DNA of 64,000 nucleotides, taken from contig CBFHTA010000001.1 in NCBI GenBank assembly GCA_965658655.1, forward strand, positions 232,722 to 296,721, read 5' to 3'. This DNA is from Candidatus Babelota bacterium (GTDB lineage: Bacteria > Babelota > Babeliae > Babelales > CAIQNR01). How positions within the stretch are numbered: the first letter of the stretch is position 1; every line of letters begins with the position of its first letter. Positions 39,446 to 47,962 of this stretch are shown piece after piece. The notes under the pieces are model-generated. The model ran no database searches. It had not been told where the DNA came from and saw only the letters and a list, made by a program, of their open reading frames with translations. Both the position numbers and the translations under genes were made by a program.

Positions 39446-39668
39446 AGGGGGTTCTCCTTTTTTATGTCCCTATTTATTATTTTGACTATATCTATTATTC
39501 CTACCATGATTTTTTATAAAAATGCAATATTTAATTCTATAGTTTATTAAAGGTATAAGGAGTGTTTAGTGACTCATGTTTCTTTGAGGTTGTTTGGTCC
39601 TCTGAGCAATCCATGGTAGACTTTTGAGATAAAAAGACCGGAAAATTTTCTTACTAGGGTGTGTTATT

Positions 39669-40925
39669 ATGATTTCACGAGTGCGCGGAACGCGGGATAT
39701 TTTTAAAGCTCAAGAGTTTTTAGAAATTTTTAGAATCATCAAAAAACATCTTCATCAGTATCGTTTTCAACAAGTTATATTGCCTTCTATAGAGTCGGTT
39801 GATTTATTTAAACGTGCTTTAGGGCAAGAAACCGATGTGGTTTCTAAGGAAATGTTTGTAGTTTCTTCTTCTTCTGCCGATAAAAAAAAAGAACAGATCT
39901 GCTTGCGTCCTGAGGCAACCGCCCAAATGGTTCGAGCCTTTATTGAGAACGGTGTTCAAGATCTGCCTTGGAAAGTATTTTGTAATGGTTCTATGTTCCG
40001 GTATGAGCGTCCACAAAAAGGTCGGTTTCGTGAGTTTTATCAATGTAGCATGGAGATTATAGGTTCGGCTTCTGTTTCTGAAGACGTGCATTTAATTGCA
40101 ATGCTGGATGCACTTTTTGCACAAAAATTTAATTTTAGTGAGTATGCTTTGCATATTAATTTTCTAGGGTCTCCAGAAGATAGAAAAAACTTTAAAACAA
40201 AATTATACGATTTTCTAAGTGAACATGATTCTGGTATTTGTGCTACTTGCAAAAGACGTAAAGAAGCTAATATTTTACGTGTCTTTGATTGTAAAAATGA
40301 TGATTGTCAAAATGTTTACAACAACGCTCCCATGTTAACAGATCATCTTTCTGAAGAATCTGCTAAAGAGTGGCAGCACGTGCAAGATAGGCTAGAAGAG
40401 CTTTCCGTTTCTTTTGTGCATAATACTAAGTTGGTTCGTGGACTGGATTATTATAATAAGACAATTTTTGAATTTGTAAGTCCACTACTTGGTGCACAAA
40501 GTGCTTTTTGTGGTGGTGGTCGTTACGACTCTCTAGTTTCATTGCTTGGCGGCAAGCAAGACCAACCTGCGATTGGTGCAGCTATTGGAGTAGACCGGTT
40601 ACAATTATTGTTAGAAGCAACGGAATCTGCGTTGCTTGAGCAACAACTTACACCCCTTTATGTTGTAGTACCGCTAGAAAAAGAACAGCATCCAGTTGCA
40701 TTAAAACTTGCTCAATCTCTTTTGAATCAAGATTTTTGTGTAGATGTATTGTTTGAGGGGAAAGTAAAAAGCATGATGCGCAAGGCAAACAAAATGGGTG
40801 CCGAGGCAGTGTTGCTTGTTGGTGGTGATGAACAAAGTAATGGCACTGTTACCTTTAAAGATATGCAGTCTGGCGAATCTCAAACAGTTAAGCAGATTGA
40901 CGTTGCAGGATTGTTAAAGAGGTAG
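39669..40925 (+). CDS. hisS: Histidine--tRNA ligase
   Basis: RGTRD, LRPEAT, FRYERPQKGRFREF, RGLDYY, GGGRYD. Confidence 0.98.
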   Translation: MISRVRGTRDIFKAQEFLEIFRIIKKHLHQYRFQQVILPSIESVDLFKRALGQETDVVSKEMFVVSSSSADKKKEQICLRPEATAQMVRAFIENGVQDLPWKVFCNGSMFRYERPQKGRFREFYQCSMEIIGSASVSEDVHLIAMLDALFAQKFNFSEYALHINFLGSPEDRKNFKTKLYDFLSEHDSGICATCKRRKEANILRVFDCKNDDCQNVYNNAPMLTDHLSEESAKEWQHVQDRLEELSVSFVHNTKLVRGLDYYNKTIFEFVSPLLGAQSAFCGGGRYDSLVSLLGGKQDQPAIGAAIGVDRLQLLLEATESALLEQQLTPLYVVVPLEKEQHPVALKLAQSLLNQDFCVDVLFEGKVKSMMRKANKMGAEAVLLVGGDEQSNGTVTFKDMQSGESQTVKQIDVAGLLKR

Positions 40926-40931
40926 GTTTTT

Positions 40932-41705
40932 TTATACCTGTGAACTTTTTTCTATTATTGTTCCATCTGGAGTGGTTGGAAGTACTTTGTCTTTATAAGA
41001 ATAGTATGGCATACCATTGTGTTCGGACCTTTCATATTCTTCTTTAGTATAAGGTTTTAAAAAGCCTTTTGGTATTCGGAATTCTTGTTCGCGGGCGTTA
41101 GGATGTTCTCTTGTTGTTTTAAGTTCTTTTTTTTCTCTTTGGAAGTGTTCAACATATAAGCATTTTTTTGGTATTGCTCCAGCACTAAGCAGATGTGTAA
41201 CTACTTCATCATTGTTTTGTTTATCGAAAACCATACCGAGTGGGGTGAGTATTACACCATCCTTATTTATGCTTCCGTGGTTAAGCTCAGCATTGGCTGC
41301 AATCATGACTTTAACGGTTGATGCCATTAGATTCTGACTTGCTAGTCCAAGTGGAGTGGTTTTATTTTCGTAGGTTTCTCCAGTAAAATACTGACTTTTT
41401 CTTTTTGGTCCTGTTATTCCTTTATTAGGGTCAGCATTGGCTACAATAAGCTGGTTAGCATTTTTGGGATAGTTTTCTAAGCACATTTTCCCAAGTGCGG
41501 TTATGGTTGAATCTTTCTTATACACTGCACACGCGTTAGGATTAGCATTGTTACGCAGAAGTAATTCAATGTAATGAGGATTATCACATGTTATCCCTAG
41601 TAAAGGGTTGATTTCTTCAGAGTGAACTTTTTTAACGCTATTTCCCGTAACAATTGAGTTTATAGAAAGTGATAATGCTAAGAGTAGTGTTAATTTTTGA
41701 TGCAT
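40932..41705 (-). CDS. Secreted ankyrin-repeat protein
   Basis: Signal peptide; TALG/TPLG...LLxxxAxPN repeats. Confidence 0.8.
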   Translation of the reverse strand: MHQKLTLLLALSLSINSIVTGNSVKKVHSEEINPLLGITCDNPHYIELLLRNNANPNACAVYKKDSTITALGKMCLENYPKNANQLIVANADPNKGITGPKRKSQYFTGETYENKTTPLGLASQNLMASTVKVMIAANAELNHGSINKDGVILTPLGMVFDKQNNDEVVTHLLSAGAIPKKCLYVEHFQREKKELKTTREHPNAREQEFRIPKGFLKPYTKEEYERSEHNGMPYYSYKDKVLPTTPDGTIIEKSSQV

Positions 41706-41713
41706 ATAAATCC

Positions 41714-42070
41714 TTATTCGTAAAATGCGTTGGGAATATAGGTAATATTCGCTGATTGCTTTTCTACAAGTGCAACATCAAAGCGGTATACTTTGGCTAT
41801 AAAGTTATGTTGTGTTAAGAAAGTTTTTGCTGCTAGAATAATTTTTTTTTGTTTTGACCGTGTAATAACTTCTGAAGTGTTAAAATAAACATGCGAACGA
41901 GTTTTGACTTCTACAAAGACAACGAGCTCATTTTTGCAGGCAATAATATCTACTTCGCCACTGCGTACGGTAAAATTACGTTTAAGAATTGAGAATCCAT
42001 TTTCTTCTAGATGGTGTGCAATGCGTGTTTCTCCGGCAGCTCCAATTGCAGCTTTAGAAGAGTGAGACAT
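41714..42070 (-). CDS. yraN: YraN-family nuclease-like protein
   Basis: GEVDIIA, VFVEVKTR, RFDV. Confidence 0.9.
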   Translation of the reverse strand: MSHSSKAAIGAAGETRIAHHLEENGFSILKRNFTVRSGEVDIIACKNELVVFVEVKTRSHVYFNTSEVITRSKQKKIILAAKTFLTQHNFIAKVYRFDVALVEKQSANITYIPNAFYE

Positions 42071-42986
42071 AGTCAAATGCTTTTTTAATAGGAGACTTGT
42101 GAGCAAGTTTTTGTGTGTAATTTGGGTAAAGACTAGCAAGTTTTTTATGTACCTTTTCGGCGTTCACAGTATCATTTTTTGCTAATGCTACACGGTATTC
42201 CATATGAAGATTTTTTGGTTGTGTATCTGGTAAAAGAGTTTGGTAAGAGGTCTTTAAGTTGGCCAATCGAGTTTCAGCGGCTTTAGGGCTACCCTTTTTC
42301 ATGTAGTATTCAAAAACAGTAACTTCGTGATCGTACAATGCATAATAACAACGCTCTTTAATTGCCTTTACATCATTATTGAATTGTTTGTATGTATCAC
42401 TTTTTTCTAAGAATGCATCTGCTAATTTAATGGTGTTGAGTGTTGGGGTTTGGTCTCTATCGGCAGAAAGCATAGTATAAAAATGGCTTAAGAGGCCTTT
42501 GTATTGAGCATACTCAGCTTTCTTGTCTCCAGGATATAATTTCAAAAACTCTTCATATTCGCGTGCTGCAAGTTTTAATGCATTACGATCAAAGTTAATA
42601 TCGGCAATTTCAAGTTTAATATTTTTAATAGCAACAGTGCTTTTGAGTAAAGACATTAAGCGAGTTAAAAATTTAACAGCTTCATCTTGCCATCCCAACT
42701 TAAGGGCTAAATTGGCAATGGTTCTCAGTTCTTTTTCGTTCATTAACTTAAGAGGTTTTTTGTCTATGGCTCTATATTTTTTAAGGACAATCTTTTTTTC
42801 AGGTCCCTTAAGGTGCTGGTTTTTGATAGAGAATACCAAAGGGCTTCGTTCTTTTTCTGGGGCTTTAACTTGATAATACCTGACAGGAGCCTTTTTGGGC
42901 TTCATATATTTCATAGGGTTAGCAATAAGTTGGTGCGAACCACATAAAAGCACAAGCCATAAGAGATTTTTTTTAGAAGTAGACAT
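42054..42986 (-). CDS. bamD: Outer membrane assembly factor BamD-like TPR protein
   Basis: YEEFLKLYPG, AEYAQY, DRDQTPT, HE..V..YY..K...AA. Confidence 0.8.
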   Translation of the reverse strand: MSTSKKNLLWLVLLCGSHQLIANPMKYMKPKKAPVRYYQVKAPEKERSPLVFSIKNQHLKGPEKKIVLKKYRAIDKKPLKLMNEKELRTIANLALKLGWQDEAVKFLTRLMSLLKSTVAIKNIKLEIADINFDRNALKLAAREYEEFLKLYPGDKKAEYAQYKGLLSHFYTMLSADRDQTPTLNTIKLADAFLEKSDTYKQFNNDVKAIKERCYYALYDHEVTVFEYYMKKGSPKAAETRLANLKTSYQTLLPDTQPKNLHMEYRVALAKNDTVNAEKVHKKLASLYPNYTQKLAHKSPIKKAFDYVSLF

Positions 42987-43420
42987 TCCTGTCCTCAAAA
43001 GCGTTACGGTATAATATTGTACAAAACCAGTATGCGGGTAAGAATACCACATCATTTTTGAGCTCGCAACTTGGCAAAGATTTATTAAAATACTATTTTC
43101 TGTCTTTAAAGGTCCTGGCTAGAGCTTAATCATCATTGATTTGAGCAGCTGGTTTAGGTGATTGTTTTGATTCAACAGGAAGAATCTCTCCAATATAGAG
43201 TTATCTTTATTTCTAAATTACCTTTTTTTGAAGTTTCTAGCATTTTAAAAATTATCTTGAAAGTGGTCAATAAAACTGTACAGAGCGTACCACGTCATTC
43301 AATAGCTTGTAATAAGAGTAAGAGCTATCAAAATTAGCTTGAGTCTGGTATTTTCGATAAAGAAGTGACACATTCATCGGTAAGCATAAGCTTATGGTAT
43401 TGGGTAAGACGGAGAAAAGT

Positions 43421-45130
43421 ATGGTAAATAAAACATTAGGTCAGCTGTTAGTTGAGAGCGGAGCAATTACGGAGGAACAAGCAAGAAAGTTCCAAGAAGA
43501 GGCTCAAAAAGCACACATTCCTTTTGCGCGTTATCTGTATGACAAACACTTGGTAGCAGAAGAATCTATTGCTCAAGCCTATGCAACTATGACTGGTCTT
43601 ACCTTTCTTAACGATATAACAGACGAAATGGCAGATCCGCTTTTATTAGCAAAGGTACCTCTTAAGTTTTTGCGCGAGAACAGAGTGATTCCTATTAAAG
43701 ATAAAGGCACTTCTCTAGTTACCGCTAACCCTACAGACTTTTCTCCTGTTGATGAACTTCAATTACTTTTTGGTAATGATGTAAAGATTGTAATCTCTAC
43801 TCCCAAATCTATTCTTGATGCCCTTAATCATTATTATCCGCTTGAGGGTACCGACGAAATGATGGAAGATCTGGAGAAAGACGGTGATGCAGCAGATCTC
43901 TCTTTTGCAGACATTGACGAGAAAGACATTTTAAGTAGTGCCAACGATGCGCCTATTATTAAATTAGTTAACTATATTCTTTTTCAAGCAGATAAAATGA
44001 ATGCATCTGATGTGCACGTTGAACCTGGAGAGAAAGAAATTAGAATACGTTTTAGAGTTGACGGCCGCATGCACCAATTCATGACAGTTCCTAAAAGAAT
44101 GGAGGGCGCTGTTGCTTCTCGTATTAAAATTATGTCGAATTTAAACATTGCAGAAAAACGTAAACCTCAAGATGGGCGTATTGAAATTCGTATTGGTGAC
44201 AAACGTATTGATCTTCGTGTTTCTTTTTTACCAGCGGTATATGGAGAAAGCGTTGTTATGCGTCTACTTGATAAAGACAAAGGGTTTTCTGAGTTAGACA
44301 ATCTTGGTTTAAGTAAGCGAGACTACGAAGTAGTTACCCAAAGCATTGCTCGACCTAACGGAATATTCTTGGTGTCTGGGCCAACCGGTTCTGGTAAAAC
44401 TACCACGCTGTATTCTATCTTGAGTCGCATTAATGTTCCTACGGTTAATGTTATTACGGTAGAAAACCCGGTTGAGTATCAGTTGCCTGGTATTACACAA
44501 GTACAAGTAGACCCTAAAGTAGACTTAACCTTTGCCAGCGCGCTTCGTGCAATTTTACGTCAAGATCCAGACATTGTAATGATTGGTGAAACACGAGACC
44601 AAGAGACAGCACAGATTGCTATTCAAGCAGCATTAACTGGTCATTTAGTGTTAACAACCATTCATACTAACGATGCTCCTTCTATTATCACTCGTTTAAT
44701 AGACATGGGCATTGAACCGTTTTTAATTGCCTCTTCTATTGTTGCTGGTATGGCGCAACGTTTGGTTCGTAAACTCGACCCTGCATGTAAAGAAGCATAC
44801 AAACCATCAGAAGAAGTACTTAAAAGTTTAGGCATGGATCCGGCAAAGAACAAAAACGTTACCTTCTACCGACCAAAAGGGTGCAAGGAATGTAATATGA
44901 TGGGGTATAAAGGTCGGCTTCCAATCTTTGAAGTTATGGACCTGACAGACTCTATCGCAGATCTTACTATGGCCCGAGCAGCTACACTTAAAATTAGGCA
45001 GCAGGCACAAAGAGATGGTATGACCACATTGCTTGATGATGGTATTAAGAAAATAAAAGAAGGCTTGACGAGTGTAGAAGAGGTTGTTTCTGTAGCAACT
45101 GTTTTTGATAATCCCGCAGATTCTGAATAA
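43421..45130 (+). CDS. gspE: Type II secretion/pilus assembly ATPase GspE/PilB
   Basis: ASDVHVEP, PQDGR, GPTGSGKTTT, LRQDPD, GHLVLTTIH; ATG at 43421 after GGAG (ORF from 43394). Confidence 0.95.
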   Translation: MVNKTLGQLLVESGAITEEQARKFQEEAQKAHIPFARYLYDKHLVAEESIAQAYATMTGLTFLNDITDEMADPLLLAKVPLKFLRENRVIPIKDKGTSLVTANPTDFSPVDELQLLFGNDVKIVISTPKSILDALNHYYPLEGTDEMMEDLEKDGDAADLSFADIDEKDILSSANDAPIIKLVNYILFQADKMNASDVHVEPGEKEIRIRFRVDGRMHQFMTVPKRMEGAVASRIKIMSNLNIAEKRKPQDGRIEIRIGDKRIDLRVSFLPAVYGESVVMRLLDKDKGFSELDNLGLSKRDYEVVTQSIARPNGIFLVSGPTGSGKTTTLYSILSRINVPTVNVITVENPVEYQLPGITQVQVDPKVDLTFASALRAILRQDPDIVMIGETRDQETAQIAIQAALTGHLVLTTIHTNDAPSIITRLIDMGIEPFLIASSIVAGMAQRLVRKLDPACKEAYKPSEEVLKSLGMDPAKNKNVTFYRPKGCKECNMMGYKGRLPIFEVMDLTDSIADLTMARAATLKIRQQAQRDGMTTLLDDGIKKIKEGLTSVEEVVSVATVFDNPADSE

Positions 45131-45223
45131 ATTTATTGGTTAAAGATTAATAATCTATTACGAAAAAAGTTTGAATGATATAGTTCTATTTTTTGCTTAG
45201 GTATTTTTTATTATTCTATGTAT

Positions 45224-45262
45224 TTAAAGCCCCATGAAAGATCGTAATTCATGGGGCTTTAA
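45224..45262. terminator. 15-bp perfect stem-loop between convergent gspE and ankyrin gene
   Basis: TTAAAGCCCCATGAA-9 nt-TTCATGGGGCTTTAA. Confidence 0.8.
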
Positions 45263-45267
45263 TGGTA

Positions 45268-46416
45268 TTAATTAGATTGATCGATATGGCGTGATTCTTC
45301 AGCAGCTGCAGCAGCAGGACCGGTTGAAGATTCCTCTTCATCTTTACTTTCATAGGGATAAATGAATGTATCGAGTTTTTGATTTATGTTCTCTGTACCG
45401 CATGAAGGGCATCTTAGAGGGCCTCGGTTGTTACTTTTCCATGTTGTAAATGCATCTTCTCCTACAAAGTTAAGGCAACAGCTTAGATAGTGTAAAGATT
45501 GGTCTTTTTTAAAAGACTCTAACATAATAGGACACGTGGATTGTTCTTTAATAGTATGTTGTTTGAGGATTGTTTTGATCTGATCGTTCCTTGTAAGTTG
45601 GTATGCATTTCTTCTTTTAAGATCAACTCTTTTATAGGGTGCTCCATTTTCTAGCAAAAATTTTACAATGGTATGCTTTCCGGCATAGCAGGTTAATCCA
45701 AGAGGTGTTGTTTTTGTTCCATCAGGAGATGTTGCACCATCTTTGATATCGGCTCCGTTTTCTAGTAAAAATTTTGCAACAGTATGGTTGCCATTATAGC
45801 AGGCTAATCCAAAAGGTGTTATTTTTGTTCCATTAGCATATGTTGTACCATCTTTGATATCGGCTCCGTTTTCTAGTAAGAATTTTGCAATATCATACTT
45901 ACCTTGAGAAGAGGCTAATCCAAAAGGTGTTGTTTTTGTTTTATCAGGAGATGTTTCACCGTTTGTGATATCTGCACTATGTGTTAATAATAAACCTACA
46001 ATTTCTAGTTTGTTGTTTCGTATTGCTATGCTAAGAGGGCTTGTTATCATTCCATTCTTATAAATAGAACCTGTTTCTAGATTAACTCTGTTTTTTAATA
46101 GAATGCTTACTATCTTAGAATGACCATAACGGCATGCTTCAGCAAGAGGCGTTGTTTGTTCATCTTCACTAATAAAAGTTGGTTCATTAATTGGTGTTTT
46201 CTCTTTTATTAATTTTTCTACAGTATCTATATTTCCTGATTGACAAGCTGTTACCAGTGATTTTAAGGCAAAATCTTTATCAATTTTTATTGATGCAGCT
46301 TCTTGATTACTGTTCTCTCTAGAAAGTTCACTTTTTTTATCATCAGGATTTCCTGTAAAAATAGACCCTGCATGTAAAAGAGCAAAAGAAAGGAATAGTA
46401 GTTTTTTGGTTTTCAT
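45268..46416 (-). CDS. Secreted ankyrin-repeat protein with C-terminal RING/U-box-like domain (copy A)
   Basis: Signal peptide; 37-aa ankyrin repeats; CPIMLESF..LSCC.NF..W..CPSC. Confidence 0.88.
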   Translation of the reverse strand: MKTKKLLFLSFALLHAGSIFTGNPDDKKSELSRENSNQEAASIKIDKDFALKSLVTACQSGNIDTVEKLIKEKTPINEPTFISEDEQTTPLAEACRYGHSKIVSILLKNRVNLETGSIYKNGMITSPLSIAIRNNKLEIVGLLLTHSADITNGETSPDKTKTTPFGLASSQGKYDIAKFLLENGADIKDGTTYANGTKITPFGLACYNGNHTVAKFLLENGADIKDGATSPDGTKTTPLGLTCYAGKHTIVKFLLENGAPYKRVDLKRRNAYQLTRNDQIKTILKQHTIKEQSTCPIMLESFKKDQSLHYLSCCLNFVGEDAFTTWKSNNRGPLRCPSCGTENINQKLDTFIYPYESKDEEESSTGPAAAAAEESRHIDQSN

Positions 46417-46460
46417 CTTGTATCTCCATTTTAATACTATATCATAAATTTATAATTCTA

Positions 46461-46488
46461 ATTGTAATATATTTAGCATATTTGTCAA
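46461..46488 (-). promoter_or_regulatory. Putative sigma70 promoter of copy A
   Basis: TTGACA-16 bp-TACAAT. Confidence 0.6.
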
Positions 46489-46578
46489 TCGGCTATTTAA
46501 GCTTAAATAATACGTTTAGGGAAGTTTTGGTTGCAGAGTAAAGAATTGGCTTTGAGCTTAAGTGAGCTTGTTTAGCTA

Positions 46579-47862
46579 TCAGTGCTCTTTGAGATCTGAG
46601 GATTCTTCTTCATCTTTACTTTCATAGGGATAAATGAATGTATCGAGTTCTTGATTTATGTTTTCTGTACCGCATGAAGGGCAGCTTAGAGGGCCTTGGT
46701 TGTTACTTTTCCATGTTGTAAATGTATCTTCTCCTACCCAGTCAGAGAATTCTTCAGCGCCTGTAAAGTTAGAACAGCAATTTAGAAAGTGTAATTCTTC
46801 GTCTTTTTCAAAAGAAGATAAACGAATAGGGCATGTGGATTGTTCTTGAATAGCACGTTTTTTAATGAGTTCTCTAATTTGGTTCTTATTAATTTTTTGA
46901 TCTTCACTATCTAGTTGATATGAATGAGCTACTTGATATGCATTACGGTCTTTAGATGTAACTCTCTTAAAAGAAACTCTTGGGTCATCAAGTAATGTTT
47001 TTACAGTATCAACATAACCCTCTTCAGAGGCAAGACTAAGCGCGGTCACTTGTTTTCCGTTAGGATAAGCATAAGCAAAAGCATTAGGTTCAATTCTTTG
47101 ATTAGTAAGTAATGCTTGTACCGTAGCGGTACGGCCGTTATAAGAGGCAAGGCCAAGTGCGGTTATTCCTACTCCAGAAGTATTGATAAACTGATAAGCT
47201 GTGGCGTTAATTCTTTTGTCACCAAGGAGTGCTTTTGTAGCATCAGTATGGCCGTTTTGACAAGCAAATCCAAGAGCCGTCGCTTGTGCTCCATTAGGAT
47301 TCATATGCTGATACATTGTGGGGTCAACTCTTTTGTCACCAAGGAGTGCTTTTGCAATATCAGTATGGCCTTTTTCACAAGCTAAACTAAGTGCGGTCAG
47401 TTTTTTTCCTTTAGGATGAGCATAAGCAAAAGCATTAGGTTCAATTCTTTTGTCATCAAGGAGTGCTTTTGCAATATTAGTATGGCCTTTTTTGGTAGCA
47501 AGGCCAAGTGCGGTCATTTGTACCCCACTAGGATAAGTAAACTGAAAAGCATTAGGTTCAATTCTTTTATCAGCAAGTAGTGTTTTTACAGTGCTCATAT
47601 AGCCTTCTTGAGTAGCAATGCCAAGCGCAGATATGTGTATTCCATCAGGTTCCGTTATTAATATATTGGGATCAAAGTCAAAAGACCCATTAAGTAGGCT
47701 TTGTATAGCTTTTATATCCTGGTTTTTACAGGCTTCAATAAACTTTATTTGATTGTGCATAGTTGATTTATCTGCACTTCCTGCATAAGAGTTATTGTCA
47801 CTTGTAAAAATACAACCTGTGTACACCAAAGATAATCCAAAAAGAAGTAAGTTTTTATTCAT
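46579..47862 (-). CDS. Secreted ankyrin-RING/U-box-like protein (copy B, chimeric)
   Basis: Signal peptide; 39-aa ankyrin repeats; CPIRLSSF..LNCCSNF..W..CPSC. Confidence 0.88.
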   Translation of the reverse strand: MNKNLLLFGLSLVYTGCIFTSDNNSYAGSADKSTMHNQIKFIEACKNQDIKAIQSLLNGSFDFDPNILITEPDGIHISALGIATQEGYMSTVKTLLADKRIEPNAFQFTYPSGVQMTALGLATKKGHTNIAKALLDDKRIEPNAFAYAHPKGKKLTALSLACEKGHTDIAKALLGDKRVDPTMYQHMNPNGAQATALGFACQNGHTDATKALLGDKRINATAYQFINTSGVGITALGLASYNGRTATVQALLTNQRIEPNAFAYAYPNGKQVTALSLASEEGYVDTVKTLLDDPRVSFKRVTSKDRNAYQVAHSYQLDSEDQKINKNQIRELIKKRAIQEQSTCPIRLSSFEKDEELHFLNCCSNFTGAEEFSDWVGEDTFTTWKSNNQGPLSCPSCGTENINQELDTFIYPYESKDEEESSDLKEH

Positions 47863-47868
47863 TATAAC

Positions 47869-47946
47869 CTTTATTAATATGATATTATTTTGTGTGATAA
47901 CATTTTTAATTTAGTTATCACACAAAATAATATCATATTAATAAAG
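47869..47946. repeat. Perfect 33-bp inverted repeat with 12-nt loop
   Basis: 47869-47901 is the exact reverse complement of 47914-47946. Confidence 0.95.
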
Positions 47947-47962
47947 ATAAAAAAGTTTCAGA

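Noticed and set aside
43056..43393. Long bamD-gspE intergenic region as a possible ncRNA
   Set aside because: No recognisable SRP, tmRNA, 6S, RNase P or riboswitch motif; consistent with divergent promoters
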